This document shows positions 53,475-64,000 of a DNA stretch of 64,000 bases, piece by piece. Origin of the DNA: Psilocybe cubensis (taxonomy: Eukaryota); the NCBI GenBank assembly GCA_017499595.2, contig CM039004.1, positions 1,426,001 to 1,490,000 on the forward strand, in the 5' to 3' direction. The stretch's first letter is position 1. Each line of letters begins with the position of its first letter. The notes beneath the pieces were generated by a model that saw only the letters and a list, made by a program, of their open reading frames with translations, did no database searches and had not been told where the DNA came from. The translations under genes and the position numbers were made by a program.

Positions 53475-55044
53475 TCAAACATAGCTACCCGATGCGGGGG
53501 AATAGTAGTAATGTGGTTGAGTGTGATGCACATCGGATTCAGGATATGTGCGGTGAATCGACGGATACGCAGTTGACGCTTGCATAGAATGATTAGAGAA
53601 TGGTTGAGGCGAGAAGAAATATGGTGTATGAGAAGCAGATGTGTAAATTGGTTGTATCGAGTGGTGTTCAGCCGGAAATGATTGCCACTGGCCCGGTTGT
53701 TGATCCCGAGGGTGAGAAGATGAAGCCACTGGAGGCTGAACGATATCCGATTTGTATTCATTGGTATCCAAGGAGAGTGAAGGTTCTGTCATTGAAATAT
53801 TGGTAAATGAAGAACGCCATGATCTAGGATGTATGTACCTTTACCTCCGCTCTCGGCATTGCGATGGGGGCATTCTGCGGCCTTTCCCTCACGAGAGCAC
53901 GTTTGACACCCTCGCTCTACGCAATCGCAACCTTTCTTCACACAGGATGCACACGGTCTGGATCGTTGGCATGAAATGAACGCTTGGATGCAAAAGACAC
54001 ACTAGCCTACCTATCGCCATTACATCGGATTTTGTCCCGTCTGTTAAAAGATAAGTTCAGAAAGGTATGTTATAGTGATAATATTTACCTGCAACTCATA
54101 CACGCCTAACATTCTCCATCAGTTTATGAGACTGCAACAGATTAAATGACTCACAGCTTTAACCCTGGTTCCGTGACCCCTACCTTTCCTTGGGACAATG
54201 ACGCACGGCTTGGAGCTTTCAATGCAGTACCTACACGGCCTCGTATCCTCGCAACGTTTCTTGTTGTCTCTGCATCCCTCGCAACGAAGTTTAACGAGCT
54301 TGGGTCCACGTCCTACGTGTATGCACTCTTCACTTCGGGCAATGCACCTAGAACATGGCCGTTGATCGTCACACTGATAAGTCGAGGAGTCGTGTTTACC
54401 CATAAAATCTTATATCATTGGGAAAAAATCGAATACCTTCTTATTATCCCTGCGGCAACTGGAACACGCCAGCTTTGCGCGATCTCCGCCTCGCGATGTT
54501 CGATTCAAAGGAGGCTCTGGCAAATTCAGGGGTCTCTGTCCCGATATGGATGTACTATTAGTGCCATAGCACTCCAACTTCATCTCTAGACATCGCCGAC
54601 ACGGTGGACTGCCTTCGCATCGAACTCTTGCGCGTCTGCATGAATCACAGCCTTCGGTGCACTCTTCCGCCGCATACCCCTTTTTCGCGCATCCTCCGCA
54701 GGGTCTAATATAGAACGGGCATCAGTATCGATAAACCGAGCGGGCAAATAAAACAAGGTACCGACGTACCTTGCGCCATCACAGCGAATCTTATCACGCC
54801 TACAATCATTGGACGGACGTCAGTACCCATGTAATAAACATACGCGTCGCATTTTATTGAGTATCGATGTTCCGGGATAACATACCTACAACTGGCGCAC
54901 GCCTAGTATATGTGCAAGAATGAAGAACACTGTCAGATCCACAGCGCCTCGAGTTAATCAACAAATTAGACACGCCTTGGACGCTCTCTTTGGCCAGACC
55001 GATGCAGCGTTGTCGGAAATCGGGTCAGAGAGATGCGAGCTCAT
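53475..55044 (-). CDS. Protein with five tandem Zn(II)2Cys6 binuclear clusters
   Basis: 9 exons reconstructed; five CX2CX6CX5CX2CX6-9C units plus a degenerate sixth, and a short low-complexity P/S/H/Y-rich tail. Confidence 0.88.
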
Positions 55045-55405
55045 CGTGACATCGGAATCAGTGTTCAAGGGTATGGATGCTCGGCTTTACCCGTCCGCCC
55101 CTCTTTTTACTTACATAACAAGACACGATAACTCGAGGCTTCGAGGTAGAAGGGATAGAGATATCAGATAAACGCACTTTTTCATTGGAAAAAAATAGAT
55201 GCTAACAATAAAAAGTAAAAATACAGTTGGATGATCCGCAGGTATAAGACACCATATAACAATGGAATAATGTAACGAGAGTGAGATCCCATCCTACGAT
55301 ATGGGGAAACAGGGAAAAGAGATATTTATGTCGAAGGGTAACCAACCACGTTGCGCGCAACGAGACAAGCGAAGGAATATAATAACACAGAGACCAACCG
55401 TAGTT

Positions 55406-56663
55406 TTATGTAGCAGTGTAGACAGCGATGTAGTTTATTCGCCATTTCGCGACTATAAAAAGTAAGTATTAGCCGGGAAGATTATTAGGAGGTTCACCAG
55501 GAATCAATCTTACATTGGAAGTTGGTAGCATTCGCAACTGCTTCCCCACATGTCCCAGGGCATCCTGATGTAGGATATGTAGCACCGGCGAAATCTCCGC
55601 AAATTGAAGTGTTTATCACTAGATTGTGCTCAAAGAAGTGGGAAGCAATATCGCAGGAGGAGGATGGGAAGTTTGCCGCGGGAACACCCCAGGATGCAGG
55701 ATTGGGATTCTTGGAGGTGATATCGGCAGGGATGTTGCCACGAGAGAAACGCCAGATTTTGATACCTGTGTTATCCCACAGATGGGCAAACACGCCACCA
55801 CCAGCAACGTTGAAGTTATGACCGTAGCTTTGGGGGTCGGTATCGGAAAAGCTGCATCCGATGTTGCTCTCTCCACTACTAACACATTCCGTGTGGAGGA
55901 TGTTTGAGGTCGCCTCAGTTTGACTGAGCTTGGAAGGCAATGAACAGCCTGCGGAGGTGTGCAGGCTCATTTGATTGGTAAGCTGATTATGGACTCCTTC
56001 CAAGACGTCGATTTCCCCTGGAAATGAAATAAATTAAATGAAACGCACGACGCACGAGGAAACGCACCTGCAGATGGCCAGTTGGGGCCAAACGACCAAT
56101 ATGCAGGCCAAACGCTGCACCCGTGAGGCATAGTGAAGAAATCGGCAATGAACAGCCCGTTGCTATACGACTTTTTGGAGAAGATGCGAACCCTGGACAC
56201 ATAATTAAGAAACAAAAAAGACAGAGGCACCTAATTTTAGAACTCACGAATCCCTTCTACCGTTCACAGGGACAGTCGAGTAATCATCAACAGCGAGGAC
56301 TGCTGCACCATCCTGCTGCACATAGGCTAAACCTTTGTTGATAGCGTTCTCTCGCGTCTGGTAGTTGACATTGCCATGCGTAGGATCTTCTCCAGAAAAG
56401 AACTCCCAATCACTGTTTAGAGAGTTGGTTCAGATATGCGTTTTTAAGGGTTAGATGTCTACGTACTTCAAGAAGGAGTTGCCCTGATAAAAGTCCTGTA
56501 GTTTGAAAGGTTGCGGTTGACAGGATCCAGTGTTATTGCGACTTTGAAGTTTGCGAGCATGGCCCAAATGTCGAGCACGTAGAGAGGGTTCGCTGAACTT
56601 GCCGGCAAGTACATTGAAGGGGAGAGCGAAGAGAAATAAAAGTAGCGACCAATTCTTCATCAT
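55406..56663 (-). CDS. Secreted glycoside hydrolase family 16 (fungal Lam16A-like beta-1,3(4)-glucanase)
   Basis: Signal peptide MMKNWSLLLFLFALPFNVLA, DPTHGNVNY, MPHGCSVWPAYW, catalytic GEIDVLE, NTSICGDFAG. Confidence 0.93.
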
Positions 56664-57353
56664 GGTTGAAAGGTTTAGAGAGGTTGTAATAGCGAGATTG
56701 AGGGCGCTAGGCCACAAATTAGTATAGGAGGACGAATGGGTAAGGAGAAAGCATCGACCGAGATGTCTTGTATAAATAGGGAGTCCGGACAAAGCGTGAA
56801 TCATGCGCGGTGACAGAGATGACCCTATTGATATTCGCAAGAAAGATATTCAATGCGGGGAAGGCACCCAGGCCACAGGCAAGAATATTTGAGTGGCTAC
56901 AGCGGGTGATTGTCAAGCATGGCCGGAAAATGGACAGGCCACGGAGCTGTATCTAGGGAAGGACCGACGGCATGGCCCAAGACAACTTGGACGATCGAGA
57001 AAAAATTCCCTGCAAGTAAAGAATTCTTTTGTGTGGGCTCGAACAGGGTGCAAACGACTTTTGCCATGGCTGGCGGTTGTCAACGAGCAAGGTTTATTTC
57101 TGGACAATGCGGAGATGAGTCGAAACTTAGCCCCGTTTACAGACGTGAGCCTTCTGTGTCTTTGGCGAAAGGACGTTTCATTGGAGACTGGGACCATGCT
57201 CGGTGAGGCTTTCAAGGCAGTACACACTGTTAACGCCAAGTGACGAGCTTTAACTTTGCGCCTAACAAAGGCCACTCGCTTACGTACACATTTGACGTCA
57301 TGCCCACCACGAACCAAGCGCGCCATCGTCGCGAGCTTACCTCCAACATCGAT

Positions 57354-58672
57354 ATGCCAGTCTCCCGTACCATTCTCGACCAAATCAAGAGGCTCATACC
57401 ACCTCTGGACGGAACTTTGCACAAGGGCCAGTCCGGTTAGTCGATCATTCCACCCCAGAGAAACCCAGAAACAGGCTCAGATAATCAATGTATGGGCCTC
57501 TAGGCCGCGTTGGCGTTTTAGGTGGTGCGTTAGAGTAAGTATGTCGCAAGTCACAATGCGGATCCAAGCACTCAATTAATTGATCCCGTAGCTATACAGG
57601 GGCCCCGTACTTCGCTGCGATTTCAGCTCTCCGATTTGTACTCATCCGCCATGACGTTTCTCTGACACTGGCCTGTACGACTGACTATCTTCGCTAGGGT
57701 GCCGATTTATCCCATGTGATATGCTCTCCTACTGCAGCTGGTGCAATCAAGTCGTACTCCCCAGATTTGATTGTTCATCCTATTTTGAATGAAGCTTCGT
57801 GGGTCATACCTAGGTCCATGACCTGTAGTTGGAGATCTGACTTCCTTCAGATCCTCAGAGGACGTTAAACCTGAATTGAAATCCATACTATCACGACTAC
57901 ATGTCCTCATTGTTGGTCCTGGACTAGGAAGGGAGCCTTACATGCAAACATTCGCCAAGATGGCTGTTTCAATAGCCAGAGAGCAAGGCATGTTCATCGT
58001 GCTCGATGCTGACGGGCTATACATGATAGGGAAAGACAGATCCGTCATACAGGGTTATCGACGAGCCGTTGTCACGCCCAATGTGGTCGAATTCAAACGG
58101 CTGAGCGAACAGGTCGGAATTGACCCCGACACCCCGAGTGACAAGCGATCTGCTCTGGTATCAAGGAAGCTGGGGGGTGTGACTGTCTTGCAGAAAGGGC
58201 CTCAAGATATGATTTCCACTGATTCTACAGGGGAAGAGGCCGACCTACCTTCCAGTCAGCTGAAGGACGCCGACGCTCAATTTGAGCAAGCTAAAGAAAC
58301 CGTCTTTGTAGACATAGAGGGCGGTTTGAAGAGATGCGGTGGGCAAGGTGACGTACTGAGTGGGACAGTTGGAACTTTCATGGCGTGGGGGAAATGTTAT
58401 GAAGATGGTGCCTTTGGGTGGGTTACCTTTTCAACACCAGGATATCATTTCTAATCCCAATTCACCTGTCTATCTGTTATAGTGATCACAGTTTACCTAC
58501 ATCTCGCATTCCATTACTCGCCGCTGTCGGTGGTAGTATGGTTACGCGGACAGCCAGTCGTATCGCGTTTGCTAAAAACGGGAGAAGTCTAGTGACGGAA
58601 GACATGCTTCCAGAGATCGGGAAAGCCTTTTCCCAGGTTTTCGACGAGAAAAAAACAGAAGGAAAACTGTAA
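57354..58672 (+). CDS. NNR2: ATP-dependent (S)-NAD(P)H-hydrate dehydratase (NAXD/CARKD)
   Basis: [69 protein letters not shown]. Alternative in-frame ATG at 57300. Confidence 0.95.
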
Positions 58673-58924
58673 AATACTGCTGAGATGTCTATGTGTATTT
58701 AAAGTTGCTATGGTCCGTTGTGAACTAGAAATCACCCCTAACTAATAACGGGCGCCTGTTCACGGATTAAACAATAAATCAATGACCGCATCGGTCGTAG
58801 GAACCAATTGCCCAATTGGGGTCAGATGACATCAACAATACTGCCAACAGCATGTTTTTCAAAACCTTCACACAAACCTCCACATCATTGTTAGTGTTTT
58901 TCATAGCTCTCAACAAATTTCATC

Positions 58925-61303
58925 ATGTTTGGAGAGTCTAGTCATTCTGAGACAGTGCAACTTCCTAAATGGAGGCGCCTGTGCGCGCAGAAACAAAAAT
59001 CACTGCATGATTCAGTCCCAAGTGATTGGTTCATCCCCAGACTGCCTCTACAAGGACACCCAAACGTCCTTGACGTGCCGGAAAAGTGCGGTCTGCTCAC
59101 GGAAAGAGAGTTAATGATTACGGAAACCACCGACGTGGGCCTGATTCTTGCAAAGCTTCGTGCGGCGGAATGGAGCAGTGTCGAGACGACGACAGCGTTC
59201 TACAAACGCGCGGTGCTTGCTCATCAGCTTGTTGGTCACCTCTTTCTCCCAATATCACATCATACCTATGTGATTTATAATTGATTTACGGAACCTGATT
59301 AATCTATTTAGACGAACTGTCTTACTGAGATATTCGTGGACAGTGCTTTAGAGAGGGCGCGGCACCTCGATGATGTTCTGAGGAACACGGGAAAACCTGT
59401 GGGACCTCTCCATGGTCTTCCAGTGTCGCTGAAAGGTGATTTCTTGAAGGAACTCCAATATTTCTTAGACCCAATGATGCTCATCATCTCCAAGATCAAT
59501 TCACAATGAAAGGACTCGAGACAGTAATGGGTATGAAATGGCTTCGGCATCAAGAATGTTTCTAATTCTGATTGCATTTTTCTGTTCCAGGATACGTATC
59601 TGGCATCGGAAAATACGCCGACAAGGATAGTGTCATAGTTGAAATACTGTACCGTTGCGGGGCCGTTCCGTTTGTACGGACAAATGTTCCCCAAACTTTA
59701 ATGGTGCAATCAACTTATCTCTAAACAAGCGACACCTGTGCTTATTTCACACCCAATCTATATAGTGGGGTGAAACGTTTAATAATGTATTTGGCAGAAC
59801 ATTGAATCCGTACAATCGCTCTTTGACTCCAGGAGGATCATCAGGGGGAGAGGGAGCGCTACTGGCCATGAAGGGTAGCCCTCTCGGAGTAGGAACAGAT
59901 ATCGGCGGGTTAGGATTCAAAAATACCGAATCTGAGAACACTAAAAGTACTAATAAAATTGTTTAGCTCACTCCGCATTCCATCTGCATTCTGCGGTCTG
60001 TATACCCTTCGACCTTCTTACGCCAGACTGCCCTACTATGGCGCTGCGAATGCGCTCAACGGACAAGAATCCATATCCTCTGTGCTCGGTCCCATGGCAA
60101 ACTCACTGTCTGGCCTCAAGGAATTCATGACTGCTATCATAGGAGCCAAGCCATGGGACCTTGATCCTGTCAATATCCGGAAGCCATGGAACGAAGAAGA
60201 GTGGAATTTGAGCGAGCATGGTGGCATCGGGGGCCACCTATGCTTTGCTATTATGTGGGACAACGGTGTCGTCAGACCACACCCACCGTTGATCAGGGCG
60301 ATGCAAATGACCAAGGAAGCGCTGGAGAAGGCTGGACATCGTGGTAAGTGACATTTCTAAGCTTTTAACAATTGCACTGACAATGATCCTCCCCATTCAC
60401 CAGTTATCGATTGGGAGTGCCACAGGCATATTGAAATTTACAAAAATGCGGTATGATTGAACTTCTTCCAAGTCATGCAATCATGGCACAATGTTGTCTA
60501 ATCTTGCAGTGGGTTACCTTTTGCACAGGAAACCATCTTCGTAGCGGATGGAAGCCACGACTACATGACTGAATGTGAAAAGTCTGGCGAACCTCTCATT
60601 CGCACAATGGTGCCTTCAGAAGATGAAGAGGCGGCGGTGGGGTACGAGTTTGAACCGCCATACCCATTCGTCAAAGCGCTTGTAGGAGATTCACCAGAAC
60701 ACCTTAAAGCATATGAGGTATGCAAAATTATACTGACATTGCATCCCAGAATTTTGAACATATATATATTAAGCTTTGGAAACTGCACGAAGAGAAGCGC
60801 GAATTGCGAAAATCCCATCTAGACCACTGGCAAAGTACTGTCAGCCGAACAGGTACAGGACGTCCTGTCGACGCCATCATTTCCCCGGCAGTGGCATACA
60901 CCGCGGTTCCTCACGGTTTGAACACGTATTTCACTTTTTTTTTAAATAAGATAAAATGTCGCATACTAATGTGTCTTTAATTAGAGATTCCTTCTATACG
61001 ACACTGTGTAATGCTATGGACTACACCACATCAGTTTTCCCTGTTACTAGGGTCGATCCCAAAGTGGACATACCGAAAGAACCTCACGAGTTTTATAACC
61101 ATGAAGATGAGGCTATTTACAAACTATGTATGTGCGAATCAATTCATCACTCTCTTATGGTTGACATTATGATAGACCGAACGGATCTTTTTGACGGTTG
61201 TCCCGTTGGACTTCAACTCATTGGAAAAACTCTGGAGGAGGAAGCTGTGATGAGAATGACTTTCATTGTTGATGACGCTCTCAAGCAGTCAATAGTGGGA
61301 TGA
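58925..61303 (+). CDS. Amidase signature family enzyme (acetamidase-like)
   Basis: [40 protein letters not shown] (Ser-cisSer-Lys triad), PVGLQLIG. Confidence 0.93.
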
Positions 61304-61479
61304 GCTGAATAGCTTCCTGCCCGATATTCAATTTCAGAAGAGACTGCGCCAATTTTTGAGTAATGAAACGCAATTTATATCCCGCACACTTTGAATTCAC
61401 AATACCCTTTCTTTTAATCTAAGGAATATATTAGTAAACTGCTCTTGGGATCCTATGGATGGTTGTAACGTGGCACAGT

Positions 61480-63504
<2,025 letters not shown>

Positions 63505-64000
63505 TGCAGGGATAGTGATGGTGGTTGAGGGATAAACTGAAAAACAGGTCAACTCGGAGGTCCCCTGTATCGATGTCCAATATATGATGTCAGATATAAT
63601 CACGTGACCGTTCCGCATTCGATGCCTCCCCTTCGTTTTTGAGGTTTGCACTGTGGCAGATTGATCATTACACCAATAATTTCAATCGCAAAATATATCC
63701 TGGGCACGTTTGTTTATTACGACGCTGAGCTACCTCATTGGTTGTTTGGATCCCACTGTTTTCATTCACTACTAAACCAATAAACGCAGCGGAATCTTCG
63801 GGCGAATTGTGGAATCCTCTCGGAAGAGTTCACATTTAACAAACGCCTTGCAGGGCCCCGATGGCCTCTTCACTGCCCTTTCGTTGGCCATCATGACACA
63901 CTACAAATTTGCTACCCTTTGATTTTGGTGATGATTCCGGGCATCATGCTAAATGCGTGGCCTGTGTATTATATCCTTGGAGGCCTAATCGTTAACGCAT

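Noticed and set aside
56893-57422. Several overlapping ORFs of 98-169 aa
   Set aside because: They lie in the divergent GH16/NNR2 promoter region, with no motifs or consistent splicing.

Overview
Gene-dense, intron-rich fungal DNA. Short GT-AG introns, micro-exons, agaric-type F-box proteins and Zn2Cys6 factors point to an Agaricomycete mushroom (inferred). About 29 protein-coding genes were reconstructed by manual splicing: partial F-box/LRR-like, Clr2, Kar9-GAS2, TRAPPC12, Dsl1/ZW10, EMC5 (only its first exon shows in the ORF track), CDF zinc transporter, Zn2Cys6 TF, RFC3, RPS31, two F-box proteins, PET117, a CID-domain protein, PAP2 phosphatase, DNMT5, CRIPT, EFM7, PEX7, a SIRT4-like sirtuin, two genes sharing an unrecognised C2HC zinc finger, a five-cluster Zn2Cys6 protein, GH16, NNR2, amidase and phosphoglucomutase. 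One 545-bp MITE is present. Most notable: (1) a DNMT5 with no apparent chromodomain but a canonical N-terminal PCNA-binding PIP box; (2) a tandem gene pair with four copies of a strictly spaced CX2CX19HX3C finger, MCB-rich promoters and CDK sites; (3) a protein with five tandem Zn2Cys6 clusters built by duplication of micro-exon modules; (4) a Mutator-like MITE whose substitutions between arms are all C/T. No rRNA, tRNA or CRISPR was seen. Exon boundaries are manual and no database search was run.
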